DNA of 64,000 nucleotides. It comes from Eledone cirrhosa (taxonomy: Eukaryota). Shown here in pieces: positions 11,837 through 25,621 of the stretch (within the stretch, counting starts at the first letter, position 1; the number at the start of each line of letters is the position of its first letter). The DNA lies in the NCBI GenBank assembly GCA_964016885.1, contig OZ024747.1, positions 52,948,001 through 53,012,000 of the forward strand, read 5' to 3'. Below the pieces are notes generated by a model. That model did not search any database. It saw only the letters and a list, made by a program, of their open reading frames with translations, and had not been told where the DNA came from. The position numbers were made by a program, and so were the translations under genes.

Positions 11837-14800
11837 GTGTTGTTGGTCGTCTGTTGTGATGGTGGTGGCGGTGGCCGGCAGATGTGTAGTGTTGTTGTTA
11901 TTGTTGTTGGTGTTGGTGGTGTTGTTGGTCGTCTGTTGTGATGGTGGTGGCGGTGGCCGGCAGATGTGTAGTGTTGTTGTTATTGGTGTTGGTGGTGTTG
12001 TTGGTCGTCTGTTGTGATGGTGGTGGCGGTGGCCGGCAGATGTGTAGTGTTGTTGTTATTGGTGTTGGTGGTGTTGTTGGTCGTCTGTTGTGATGGTGGT
12101 GGCGGTGGCCGGCAGATGTGTAGTGTTGTTGTTATTGTTGTTGGTGTTGGTGGTGTTGTTGGTCGTCTGTTGTGATGGTGGTGGCGGTGGCCGGCAGATG
12201 TGTAGTGTTGTTGTTATTGTTGTTGGTGTTGGTGGTGTTGTTGGTCGTCTGTTGTGATGGTGGTGGCGGTGGCCGGCAGATGTGTAGTGTTGTTGTTATT
12301 GGTGTTGGTGGTGTTGTTGGTCGTCTGTTGTGATGGTGGTGGCGGTGGCCGGCAGATGTGTAGTGTTGTTGTTATTGGTGTTGGTGGTGTTGTTGGTCGT
12401 CTGTTGTGATGGTGGTGGCGGTGGCCGGCAGATGTGTAGTGTTGTTGTTATTGGTGTTGTTGGTGTTGTTGGTCGTCTGTTGTGATGGTGGTGGCGGTGG
12501 CCGACAGATGTGTAGTGTTGTTGTTGGTGGTGTTGTTGGTGTTGTTGGTCGTCTGTTGTGATGGTGGTGGCGGTGGCCGACAGATGTGTAGTGTTGTTGT
12601 TGGTGGTGTTGTTGGTGTTGTTGGTCGTCTGTTGTGATGGTGGTGGCGGTGGCCGACAGATGTAGTGTTGTTGTTATTGTTGTTGGTGTTGGTGGTCGTC
12701 TGTTGTGATGGTGGAGGCGGTGGCCGACAGATGTGTAGTGTTGTTGTTGGTGGTGTTGTTGGTGTTGTTGGTCGTCTGTTGTGATGGTGGTGGCGGTGGC
12801 CGACAGATGTGTAGTGTTGTTGTTGGTGGTGTTGTTGGTGTTGTTGGTCGTCTGTTGTGATGGTGGTGGCGGTGGCCGACAGATGTGTAGTGTTGTTGTT
12901 GGTGGTGTTGTTGGTGTTGTTGGTCGTCTGTTGTGATGGTGGTGGCGGTGGCCGACAGATGTAGTGTTGTTGTTATTGTTGTTGGTGTTGGTGGTCGTCT
13001 GTTGTGATGGTGGAGGCGGTGGCCGACAGATGTGTAGTGTTGTTGTTATTGTTGTTGGTGTTGGTGGTGTTGTTGGTCGTCTGTTGTGATGGTGGTGGCG
13101 GTGGCCGACAGATGTGTAGTGTTGTTGTTGGTGTTGTTGGTGTTGGTGGTGTTGTTGGTCGTCTGTTGTGATGGTGGTGGCGGTGGCCGGCAGATGTGTA
13201 GTGTTGTTGTTGGTGTTGTTGGTGTTGGTGGTGTTGTTGGTCGTCTGTTGTGATGGTGGTGGCGGTGGCCGGCAGATGTGTAGTGTTGTTGTTATTGTTG
13301 TTGGTGTTGGTGGTGTTGTTGGTCGTCTGTTGTGATGGTGGTGGCGGTGGCCGACAGATGTGTAGTGTTGTTGTTATTGTTGTTGGTGTTGGTGGTGTTG
13401 TTGGTCGTCTGTTGTGATGGTGGTGGCGGTGACCGGCAGATGTGTAGTGTTGTTGTTGTTGTTATTGTTGTTGGTGGTGTTGTTGGTCGTCTGTTGTGAT
13501 GGTGGTGGCGGTGGCCGGCAGATGTGTAGTGTTGTTGTTATTGTTGTTGGTGTTGTTGGTGTTGTTGGTCGTCTGTTGTGATGGTGGTGGCGGTGGCCGA
13601 CAGATGTAGTGTTGTTGTTATTGTTGTTGGTGGTGTTGTTGGTCGTCTGTTGTGATGGTGGTGGCGGTGGCCGACAGATGTAGTGTTGTTGTTATTGTTG
13701 TTGGTGGTGTTGGTGGTCGTCTGTTGTGATGGTGGTGGCGGTGGCCGACAGATGTAGTGTTGTTGTTATTGTTGTTGGTGGTGTTGTTGGTCGTCTGTTG
13801 TGATGGTGGTGGCGGTGGCCGACAGATGTAGTGTTGTTGTTATTGTTGTTGGTGGTGTTGGTGGTCGTCTGTTGTGATGGTGGTGGCGGTGGCCGACAGA
13901 TGTAGTGTTGTTGTTATTGTTGTTGGTGGTGTTGGTGGTCGTCTGTTGTGATGGTGGTGGCGGTGGCCGACAGATGTAGTGTTGTTGTTATTGTTGTTGG
14001 TGGTGTTGTTGGTCGTCTGTTGTGATGGTGGTGGCGGTGGCCGACAGATGTAGTGTTGTTGTTATTGTTGTTGGTGGTGTTGGTGGTCGTCTGTTGTGAT
14101 GGTGGTGGCGGTGGCCGACAGATGTGTAGTGTTGTTGTTATTGTTGTTGGTGGTGTTGGTGGTCGTCTGTTGTGATGGTGGTGGCGGTGGCCGACAGATG
14201 TATTGTTGTTGTTATTGTTGTTGGTGTTGGTGGTGTTGTTGGTCGTCTGTTGTGATGGTGGTGGCGGTGGCCGACAGATGTAGTGTTGTTGTTATTGTTG
14301 TTGGTGGTGTTGGTGGTCGTCTGTTGTGATGGTGGTGGCGGTGGCCGACAGATGTAGTGTTGTTGTTATTGTTGTTGGTGGTGTTGTTGGTCGTCTGTTG
14401 TGATGGTGGTGGCGGTGGCCGACAGATGTAGTGTTGTTGTTATTGTTGTTGGTGGTGTTGGTGGTCGTCTGTTGTGATGGTGGTGGCGGTGGCCGACAGA
14501 TGTAGTGTTGTTGTTATTGTTGTTGGTGGTGTTGGTGGTCGTCTGTTGTGATGGTGGTGGCGGTGGCCGACAGATGTAGTGTTGTTGTTATTGTTGTTGG
14601 TGGTGTTGTTGGTCGTCTGTTGTGATGGTGGTGGCGGTGGCCGACAGATGTGTAGTGTTGTTGTTATTGTTGTTGGTGGTGTTGGTGGTCGTCTGTTGTG
14701 ATGGTGGTGGCGGTGGCCGACAGATGTAGTGTTGTTGTTATTGTTGTTGGTGGTGTTGTTGGTCGTCTGTTGTGATGGTGGTGGCGGTGGCCGACAGATG

Positions 14801-17800
14801 TAGTGTTGTTGTTATTGTTGTTGGTGGTGTTGGTGGTCGTCTGTTGTGATGGTGGTGGCGGTGGCCGACAGATGTAGTGTTGTTGTTATTGTTGTTGGTG
14901 GTGTTGGTGGTCGTCTGTTGTGATGGTGGTGGCGGTGGCCGACAGATGTAGTGTTGTTGTTATTGTTGTTGGTGTTGGTGGTGTTGTTGGTCGTCTGTTG
15001 TGATGGTGGTGGCGGTGGCCGACAGATGTGTAGTGTTGTTGTTATTGTTGTTGGTGTTGGTGGTGTTGTTGGTCGTCTGTTGTGATGGTGGTGGCGGTGG
15101 CCGACAGATGTAGTGTTGTTGTTATTGTTGTTGGTGGTGTTGTTGGTCGTCTGTTGTGATGGTGGTGGCGGTGGCCGACAGATGTAGTGTTGTTGTTATT
15201 GTTGTTGGTGGTGTTGGTGGTCGTCTGTTGTGATGGTGGTGGCGGTGGCCGACAGATGTAGTGTTGTTGTTATTGTTGTTGGTGGTGTTGGTGGTCGTCT
15301 GTTGTGATGGTGGTGGCGGTGGCCGACAGATGTAGTGTTGTTGTTATTGTTGTTGGTGGTGTTGTTGGTCGTCTGTTGTGATGGTGGTGGCGGTGGCCGA
15401 CAGATGTAGTGTTGTTGTTATTGTTGTTGGTGGTGTTGGTGGTCGTCTGTTGTGATGGTGGTGGCGGTGGCCGACAGATGTGTAGTGTTGTTGTTATTGT
15501 TGTTGGTGGTGTTGGTGGTCGTCTGTTGTGATGGTGGTGGCGGTGGCCGACAGATGTATTGTTGTTGTTATTGTTGTTGGTGTTGGTGGTGTTGTTGGTC
15601 GTCTGTTGTGATGGTGGTGGCGGTGGCCGACAGATGTAGTGTTGTTGTTATTGTTGTTGGTGGTGTTGGTGGTCGTCTGTTGTGATGGTGGTGGCGGTGG
15701 CCGACAGATGTAGTGTTGTTGTTATTGTTGTTGGTGGTGTTGTTGGTCGTCTGTTGTGATGGTGGTGGCGGTGGCCGACAGATGTAGTGTTGTTGTTATT
15801 GTTGTTGGTGGTGTTGGTGGTCGTCTGTTGTGATGGTGGTGGCGGTGGCCGACAGATGTAGTGTTGTTGTTATTGTTGTTGGTGGTGTTGGTGGTCGTCT
15901 GTTGTGATGGTGGTGGCGGTGGCCGACAGATGTAGTGTTGTTGTTATTGTTGTTGGTGGTGTTGTTGGTCGTCTGTTGTGATGGTGGTGGCGGTGGCCGA
16001 CAGATGTGTAGTGTTGTTGTTATTGTTGTTGGTGGTGTTGGTGGTCGTCTGTTGTGATGGTGGTGGCGGTGGCCGACAGATGTAGTGTTGTTGTTATTGT
16101 TGTTGGTGGTGTTGTTGGTCGTCTGTTGTGATGGTGGTGGCGGTGGCCGACAGATGTAGTGTTGTTGTTATTGTTGTTGGTGGTGTTGGTGGTCGTCTGT
16201 TGTGATGGTGGTGGCGGTGGCCGACAGATGTAGTGTTGTTGTTATTGTTGTTGGTGGTGTTGTTGGTCGTCTGTTGTGATGGTGGTGGCGGTGGCCGACA
16301 GATGTAGTGTTGTTGTTATTGTTGTTGGTGGTGTTGGTGGTCGTCTGTTGTGATGGTGGTGGCGGTGGCCGACAGATGTGTAGTGTTGTTGTTATTGTTG
16401 TTGGTGGTGTTGGTGGTCGTCTGTTGTGATGGTGGTGGCGGTGGCCGACAGATGTATTGTTGTTGTTATTGTTGTTGGTGTTGGTGGTGTTGTTGGTCGT
16501 CTGTTGTGATGGTGGTGGCGGTGGCCGACAGATGTAGTGTTGTTGTTATTGTTGTTGGTGGTGTTGGTGGTCGTCTGTTGTGATGGTGGTGGCGGTGGCC
16601 GACAGATGTAGTGTTGTTGTTATTGTTGTTGGTGGTGTTGTTGGTCGTCTGTTGTGATGGTGGTGGCGGTGGCCGACAGATGTAGTGTTGTTGTTATTGT
16701 TGTTGGTGGTGTTGGTGGTCGTCTGTTGTGATGGTGGTGGCGGTGGCCGACAGATGTAGTGTTGTTGTTATTGTTGTTGGTGGTGTTGGTGGTCGTCTGT
16801 TGTGATGGTGGTGGCGGTGGCCGACAGATGTAGTGTTGTTGTTATTGTTGTTGGTGGTGTTGTTGGTCGTCTGTTGTGATGGTGGTGGCGGTGGCCGACA
16901 GATGTGTAGTGTTGTTGTTATTGTTGTTGGTGGTGTTGGTGGTCGTCTGTTGTGATGGTGGTGGCGGTGGCCGACAGATGTAGTGTTGTTGTTATTGTTG
17001 TTGGTGGTGTTGTTGGTCGTCTGTTGTGATGGTGGTGGCGGTGGCCGACAGATGTAGTGTTGTTGTTATTGTTGTTGGTGGTGTTGGTGGTCGTCTGTTG
17101 TGATGGTGGTGGCGGTGGCCGACAGATGTAGTGTTGTTGTTATTGTTGTTGGTGGTGTTGGTGGTCGTCTGTTGTGATGGTGGTGGCGGTGGCCGACAGA
17201 TGTAGTGTTGTTGTTATTGTTGTTGGTGTTGGTGGTGTTGTTGGTCGTCTGTTGTGATGGTGGTGGCGGTGGCCGACAGATGTGTAGTGTTGTTGTTATT
17301 GTTGTTGGTGTTGGTGGTGTTGTTGGTCGTCTGTTGTGATGGTGGTGGCGGTGGCCGACAGATGTAGTGTTGTTGTTATTGTTGTTGGTGGTGTTGTTGG
17401 TCGTCTGTTGTGATGGTGGTGGCGGTGGCCGACAGATGTAGTGTTGTTGTTATTGTTGTTGGTGGTGTTGGTGGTCGTCTGTTGTGATGGTGGTGGCGGT
17501 GGCCGACAGATGTAGTGTTGTTGTTATTGTTGTTGGTGGTGTTGGTGGTCGTCTGTTGTGATGGTGGTGGCGGTGGCCGACAGATGTAGTGTTGTTGTTA
17601 TTGTTGTTGGTGGTGTTGTTGGTCGTCTGTTGTGATGGTGGTGGCGGTGGCCGACAGATGTAGTGTTGTTGTTATTGTTGTTGGTGGTGTTGGTGGTCGT
17701 CTGTTGTGATGGTGGTGGCGGTGGCCGACAGATGTGTAGTGTTGTTGTTATTGTTGTTGGTGGTGTTGGTGGTCGTCTGTTGTGATGGTGGTGGCGGTGG

Positions 17801-20800
17801 CCGACAGATGTATTGTTGTTGTTATTGTTGTTGGTGTTGGTGGTGTTGTTGGTCGTCTGTTGTGATGGTGGTGGCGGTGGCCGACAGATGTAGTGTTGTT
17901 GTTATTGTTGTTGGTGGTGTTGGTGGTCGTCTGTTGTGATGGTGGTGGCGGTGGCCGACAGATGTAGTGTTGTTGTTATTGTTGTTGGTGGTGTTGTTGG
18001 TCGTCTGTTGTGATGGTGGTGGCGGTGGCCGACAGATGTAGTGTTGTTGTTATTGTTGTTGGTGGTGTTGGTGGTCGTCTGTTGTGATGGTGGTGGCGGT
18101 GGCCGACAGATGTAGTGTTGTTGTTATTGTTGTTGGTGGTGTTGGTGGTCGTCTGTTGTGATGGTGGTGGCGGTGGCCGACAGATGTAGTGTTGTTGTTA
18201 TTGTTGTTGGTGGTGTTGTTGGTCGTCTGTTGTGATGGTGGTGGCGGTGGCCGACAGATGTGTAGTGTTGTTGTTATTGTTGTTGGTGGTGTTGGTGGTC
18301 GTCTGTTGTGATGGTGGTGGCGGTGGCCGACAGATGTAGTGTTGTTGTTATTGTTGTTGGTGGTGTTGTTGGTCGTCTGTTGTGATGGTGGTGGCGGTGG
18401 CCGACAGATGTAGTGTTGTTGTTATTGTTGTTGGTGGTGTTGGTGGTCGTCTGTTGTGATGGTGGTGGCGGTGGCCGACAGATGTAGTGTTGTTGTTATT
18501 GTTGTTGGTGGTGTTGGTGGTCGTCTGTTGTGATGGTGGTGGCGGTGGCCGACAGATGTAGTGTTGTTGTTATTGTTGTTGGTGTTGGTGGTGTTGTTGG
18601 TCGTCTGTTGTGATGGTGGTGGCGGTGGCCGACAGATGTGTAGTGTTGTTGTTATTGTTGTTGGTGTTGGTGGTGTTGTTGGTCGTCTGTTGTGATGGTG
18701 GTGGCGGTGGCCGACAGATGTAGTGTTGTTGTTATTGTTGTTGGTGGTGTTGGTGGTCGTCTGTTGTGATGGTGGTGGCGGTGGCCGACAGATGTAGTGT
18801 TGTTGTTATTGTTGTTGGTGGTGTTGTTGGTCGTCTGTTGTGATGGTGGTGGCGGTGGCCGGCAGATGTGTAGTGTTGTTGTTATTGTTGTTGGTGGTGT
18901 TGTTGGTCGTCTGTTGTGATGGTGGTGGCGGTGGCCGACAGATGTAGTGTTGTTGTTATTGTTGTTGGTGTTGGTGGTGTTGTTGGTCGTCTGTTGTGAT
19001 GGTGGTGGCGGTGGCCGACAGATGTAGTGTTGTTGTTATTGTTGTTGGTGGTGTTGTTGGTCGTCTGTTGTGATGGTGGTGGCGGTGGCCGGCAGATGTG
19101 TAGTGTTGTTGTTATTGTTGTTGGTGGTGTTGTTGGTCGTCTGTTGTGATGGTGGTGGCGGTGGCCGACAGATGTAGTGTTGTTGTTATTGTTGTTGGTG
19201 GTGTTGTTGGTCGTCTGTTGTGATGGTGGTGGCGGTGGCCGGCAGATGTGTAGTGTTGTTGTTATTGTTGTTGGTGGTGTTGTTGGTCGTCTGTTGTGAT
19301 GGTGGTGGCGGTGGCCGACAGATGTGTAGTGTTGTTGTTATTGTTGTTGGTGGTGTTGGTGGTCGTCTGTTGTGATGGTGGTGGCGGTGGCCGGCAGATG
19401 TGTAGTGTTGTTGTTATTGTTGTTGGTGGTGTTGGTGGTCGTCTGTTGTGATGGTGGTGGCGGTGGCCGGCAGATGTGTAGTGTTGTTGTTATTGTTGTT
19501 GGTGGTGTTGTTGGTCGTCTGTTGTGATGGTGGTGGCGGTGGCCGACAGATGTGTAGTGTTGTTGTTATTGTTGTTGGTGTTGGTGGTGTTGTTGGTCGT
19601 CTGTTGTGATGGTGGTGGCGGTGGCCGACAGATGTGTAGTGTTGTTGTTATTGTTGTTGGTGTTGGTGGTGTTGTTGGGCGTCTGTTGTGATGGTGGTGG
19701 CGGTGGCCGGCAGATGTGTAGTGTTGTTGTTGTTGTTGTTGGTGTTGGTGGTGTTGTTGGTCGTCTGTTGTGATGGTGGTGGCGGTGGCCGACAGATGTG
19801 TAGTGTTGTTGTTATTGTTGTTGGTGTTGGTGGTGTTGTTGGTCGTCTGTTGTGATGGTGGTGGCGGTGGCCGGCAGATGTGTAGTGTTGTTGTTGTTGT
19901 TATTGTTGTTGGTGGTGTTGTTGGTCGTCTGTTGCGATGGTGGTGGCGGTGGCCGACAGATGTATTGTTGTTGTTATTGTTGTTGGTGTTGTTGATGGTG
20001 GTCGTCTGTTGTGATGGTGGTGGCGGTGGCCGGCAGATGTGTAGTGTTGTTGTTATTGTTGTTGGTGTTGGTGGTGTTGTTGGTCGTCTGTTGTGATGGT
20101 GGTGGCGGTGGCCGACAGATGTGTAGTGTTGTTGTTATTGTTGTTGGTGTTGGTGGTGTTGTTGGTCGTCTGTTGTGATGGTGGTGGCGGTGGCCGGCAG
20201 ATGTGTTGTTGTTGTTATTGTTGTTGGTGTTGGTGGTGTTGTTGGTCGTCTGTTGTGATGGTGGTGGCGGTGGCCGGCAGATGTAGTGTTGTTGTTATTG
20301 TTGTTGGTGTTGCTGGTGTTGGTGGTCGTCTGTTGTGATGGTGATGGCGGTGGCCGACAGATGTAGTGTTGTTGTTGTCATTGTTGTTGGTGTTGGTCGT
20401 GATGGTGGTGGCGGAGACCGGCAGATGTGTAGTGTTGTTGTTATTGTTGTTGGTGTTGGTGGTGTTGTTGGTCGTCTGTTGTGATGGTGGTGGCGGTGGC
20501 CGGCAGATGTGTTGTTGTTGTTATTGTTGTTGGTGTTGGTGGTGTTGTTGGTCGTCTGTTGTGATGGTGGTGGCGGTGGCCGGCAGATGTAGTGTTGTTG
20601 TTATTGTTGTTGGTGTTGGTGGTGTTGTTGGTCGTCTGTTGTGATGGTGGTGGCGGTGGCCGGCAGATGTGTTGTTGTTGTTATTGTTGTTGGTGTTGGT
20701 GTTGTTGGTCGTCTGTTGTGATGGTGGTGGCGGTGGCCGGCAGATGTGTAGTGTTGTTATTATTGTTGTTGGTGTTGGTGGTGTTGTTGGTCGTCTGTTG

Positions 20801-21727
20801 TGATGGTGGTGGCGGTGGCCGGCAGATGTGTTGTTGTTGTTATTGTTGTTGGTGTTGGTGGTGTTGTTGGTCGTCTGTTGTGATGGTGGTGGCGGTGGCC
20901 GGCAGATGTAGTGTTGTTGTTATTGTTGTTGGTGTTGGTGGTGTTGTTGGTCGTCTGTTGTGATGGTGGTGGCGGTGGCCGACAGATGTGTAGTGTTGTT
21001 GTTATTGTTGTTGGTGTTGGTGGTGTTGTTGGTCGTCTGTTGTGATGGTGGTGGCGGTGGCCGGCAGATGTGTTGTTGTTGTTATTGTTGTTGGTGTTGG
21101 TGGTGTTGTTGGTCGTCTGTTGTGATGGTGGTGGCGGTGGCCGGCAGATGTAGTGTTGTTGTTATTGTTGTTGGTGTTGCTGGTGTTGGTGGTCGTCTGT
21201 TGTGATGGTGATGGCGGTGGCCGACAGATGTAGTGTTGTTGTTGTCATTGTTGTTGGTGTTGGTCGTGATGGTGGTGGCGGAGACCGGCAGATGTGTAGT
21301 GTTGTTGTTATTGTTGTTGGTGGTGTTGGTGGTCGTCTGTTGTGATGGTGGTGGCGGTGGCCGACAGATGTAGTGTTGTTATTGTTATTGTTGTTGGTGG
21401 TGGTCGTGATGGTGGTGGTGATGGCGATGGCGCGCAGATGTGTAGTGTTGTTGTTGTTATTGTTGTTGTTGGTCGTCAGTAGTGATGGCGGTGGCGGTGG
21501 CGGCCTGACTGATGTGTAGTGTTGTTGTTATTGTTAGTCGTCTGTTGTGATGATGGTGGAGGTGGCGGCCGACATATGAAAGAGTTGTTGTTATTGTTGT
21601 TGTTGGTCGTCAGTAGTGATGGTGGTGGCGACGGCGGCCTGACAGATGTGTAGTGTTGTTGTTATTGTTAGTCGTCTGTTGTGATGATGGTGGAGGTGGC
21701 GGCCGACATATGAAAGAGTTGTTGTTC
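11837..21727. repeat. ~9.9-kb tandem array of a ~74-79-bp GT-rich monomer (ggtcgtctgttgtgatggtggtggcggtggcc[g/a]cagatgtagtgttgttgttatt...), ~130 copies, with higher-order structure
   Basis: Monomer period 74 bp (13641 to 13715); identical variant blocks start at 14096, 15452, 16350 and 17706. Confidence 0.95.
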
Positions 21728-21904
21728 CAAGAGTGAGAGAAATCCGTTACATGTCCCTGCGTACTCATCGGTCGTCTGCTAACTAATGCAGCATTTCTAG
21801 CTGGATGGAGGATCGCATGAATGGAGGGATGAAGGGATAGATGGGTAAATAGATAGATAGATTGATGGATGGATGGATAGATAGATAGATTAATGGATGG
21901 ATGG

Positions 21905-21954
<50 letters not shown>

Positions 21955-22176
21955 ATTTCTATTTATTTGCCACGAGGGCACAAAAGAAGGGGACAAATAC
22001 ACAGTGGGGGAGTTTACATAAATCGAGTAAAGAAAAAGGAATAACAATAATAACATAATAATAAAAAGTCCTGCACACTTTTCGGGGGATTGCACATACC
22101 CCCGAAAAGTGTGCAACCCTTTTCGCGGGGGAAGCCCAGAGAGGAGGCGCTCCCCCTTTCCTCTTTACTTCTTCAC

Positions 22177-25100
22177 CTACAGAACAATGTAGAGAGAAGG
22201 CCCATTTACACGAGCCATTCTCGCTTCTTTCACCCACCTTTCATAAAACTGTCTGGGGCCAAGCACTTCTCTCTCCATCCTGATCCTTCTTCCGAAGTGG
22301 TATCGGAAGAAGTAAACCAGGTGATGGCCGGAGAGAAAGTCACCCGACCTCAGACCTTCCAGGCGCGTCCACCACACAACCTCTTTCATCATGGTTATTA
22401 CGCACAGAAAGACCGCCTCTGCTTCGTTTCTGAAGGGAGGCGGCGGCTTGATGTTCACCACAGACTCGGCGGTTAATCGAATCGGCGCCACACGCGACAG
22501 CAGTCGTTCGACGTAGCCCCACAGATCGGCAACGCCCGGGCAGTGTACCAGTGCATGCGCAACGGTTTCCTCGTCGCGCACGCATCTGGGACAGATCTTT
22601 TTCGCTGGATCCCTGCCCGGGCGCCCGTGTCTGTAGAGCTTTTCTCGAACGGGCAGAGCCCCCCGGTAACACTGCCAGGCTAGGGACCTCTGGAAGTTGT
22701 CCATGGGTCCCGGGCCGAAAGTTCTACCGAACAGGCTGGCCAGTTCGTCCTCCTCCATGCCTAGCGACTCTCCAAGGGTGTCGTCGCCCCTGCTAGCCAC
22801 CAGCCCTCTATAGAATGTCGAGGTGGATTCTCCACTGACAGTCGGGTCCGCTTGCCAGATAGCCGTGAGCGCCTGGGCACACTCGGTGTGCCAGTTGCCC
22901 AGTTTTCTCGGTCTTTGCTTCACCCAGGATTGCAGCTCGGTGAGCAAGACGAGCTGTGGGAAGGCTCGCCTCACAAACGGGGCCCACACCGGCTGACCGG
23001 TGAGGAATACCTGTAGATGCCGTAGCCTCAATGCGTGCCTACGCATCAACAGCCACGGCATACCCAGCCCTCCTTTCGAAGGGTGCTGGCAGCAGATGGA
23101 TCTCCTCACCATGGGAGGCCGCTTCTTCCAGAGGAACTGGAAGAGCATGCGTTCCATGATGGTGATCTTTTCCTTGGGGCAAGGCACGACGGTCAGGCGG
23201 TAGCAGATGACGGACGCTATGTAAGCGTTCGTCACCTCCGCCCGACCTTTCAGTGATAGTTTGCACTTGGCCCACTTCTGGGTCAGCGCAAACACCCTGC
23301 TCGTCACCTCGCCCCAATTCTTCTCCACCTGGAGGTCCGGTCCGAACCAGACCCCGAGCAGCTTCACCGGGCCCTCCGTCCACCGCCCGACGACACCGTC
23401 TAACGGCATCGGTTTGCCCCTCCACGTTCCGAGTTGCAAACCGACTGACTTGTCCCGGTTCAGCCTAGCCTCCGTCAGCCTTTCGTATTCCTCCAGTAGG
23501 GTGGCGATCGCCCCGATTTCCGAGGCGTTCGCCACCATTACTGTTACGTCGTCGGCATAGGCCGAGACCGCTTTGTGCAATCCCGGTTCCAGGGGTATGC
23601 CCCGCAGCAACTCCAACTTCCGCAGCAGTGGCTCGAGAGTCAATACGTACAGAAGGGAGGAGAGGGGGCACCCCTGTCTGATGGACCGGGTGATTTGAAA
23701 CGGCTCCGAGAGGTAGCCGTTTACTTTAATCCTAGAGTAGATGTTACCACTGTGCATGGCAGAAATCCAGTCCCTGAAAACTGGTCCGAAGCCCGCCGCC
23801 GCTAGCACCGCATCCAGGTAACCATGGTCGACCCTATCGAACGCCTTAGATTGATCCAAGTTGATCAGGGCCCCACCAAAGCCGGGTTCGTTGCCAACCC
23901 TCTCTATGATGTATCGCATGAGGTGGAGGTTGTCGTGAATGGACCTGGACGGGATAGCGCATGTCTGCGCGTCTCCCACCAAACCACCCACCACAAGCGC
24001 CAACCTCTTCGCCAACACCTTGGCCAAAATCTGTAACTCTGCATTCAGCAGAGTTATGGGCCTAAAGTTACTTAAGTCGTCCGCCTTGCTCTCGTCCTTC
24101 CTCACTAGCGTGACCACGCCCTTGGTCACAGAACAGGGAATTCTCCCGTTCTGTTGCCAGTTGCAATAGACAGCCTCGAGGAGTTCGGAGAACAAGACCG
24201 GCATAGCTAAATAAAGTTCGTATGGTAGACCATCGAGACCCGGAGATTTGCGTCTGCTGCATTGGCTGAGCGCTTCCCCGATTTCAGTGGCTGTGATTGG
24301 CCTTTCGCAGCACTCCGCTTCACCGCTCGAAAGACGCGGTAGACCGTCGAGGTATGGACCGAAGTCCACATCCCCGTCCGGCCCCCCGCCCCCTCCGAAC
24401 AGTCGAGCAAAGTGCCTTTGAAAGGCTTCGCACATCCGCTCAGGTTCAAGGATCACCCGTCCATCCTGGTCTCGCAAAGACCGAATGGTGGATTTAATCC
24501 CACTCTTGGCTTCTGTCACGCGGGCCCAGCTAACAGCTTTGGTCCCCTCGTTTCCTAAAGCACGTATTTTACTTCGGACAACGCAGCCTTCGTGCTTCGC
24601 GTCAAAGAACTGGCTCAACGCCGTTCTCGCCGCTAACACTCTGGCTACGTCTCCGCTCCTAATCGCCTCTTCTAGTTTATCTGTTAACTCCCTTTCCTTC
24701 CTATTTCTATTCGCCGCTAGTTCCTTACTGTAACCTATCGAACTTACTCTAATCTCTCTCTTTAGAGATACCCACCACCTACTGTTGACGATCGCTCCCG
24801 TTAACCGCATCTTAACTAAGCTACTAATCCGGTTCCTGTAATCTTTCTTTGCCGGCAAGGACAAGTTCATCTTCCAGTAACCGGGACCCTGTCTATGCGT
24901 TCTATCAAGGTTGACCACGCAGGTCACTAATTTGTGATCTGAATAGCCAACCATGATCAATTCTGGACAACTAAATACGTCCCTATCCTTACTCCTAACC
25001 AAAAACCTATCTAGGTACGATCTAGATTGTCCACTGCGGTTTGCCTAGGTCCAGGTTGGCGCAGTTGGACAATCTAGTCGAAATCTATCGTCTAGGTCGA

Positions 25101-25621
25101 ATCGATCGAGTAACCCCTTGAGGCTGCTACACCCCCCTCTATCGGGACATGCCCCTGCATAGTCCCAACGCGCATCTAGGATTCCATTCCAGTCCCCCAC
25201 TAAAAGCAGGGAACGCGACGTTCCTAGAAAAGTCTCCAGACGCTGGAAGAAGTCGGGTCTTTCAGCCCCGAAGGGGGCATAAAGACCGACCAGTCTGAAA
25301 GCCCCGCCTTCACCGCCTCCGACGTCCAGCACCAGTAATCGACCCCCCGGGTCCGAGTGAACAATCTGTACGTCGAGAGCCAGACGTTTATCCAGCAGTA
25401 CGGCAACTCCCCCCCCCCCCCCCGCCTCCGGGTTGACAGAGAGATGCGTGCATCTCAAAGTCATCGAAGGCGGGAGCCAGCTGTCGCACGCTGCTGATCC
25501 GACTCTCGCAAACAACCATCACATCTATACTTCGTGACCTGAGGTCTCTTAGTAGCTTTGCTTGCTTCCAAGCTGAGCCCAGGCCACGCGCGTTCAAACA
25601 GCCAACTCTCAATTGATCTAT
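22177..25621 (-). pseudogene. Tx1 ORF2: APE endonuclease + reverse transcriptase + C-terminal Cys/His motif; one frameshift, one nonsense codon
   Basis: EN motifs CLNARGL, VCESR, GVAVL, LYAP, GDWN, YLDRFL, YSDH. RT motifs FRPITLLN, DQSKAFDRV, RQGCPLS, YADD. C-terminal CPRC..ETVAHALVHC. Frameshift in the C15 run at 25409-25423; in-frame TAG at 25045-25047. Confidence 0.92.
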
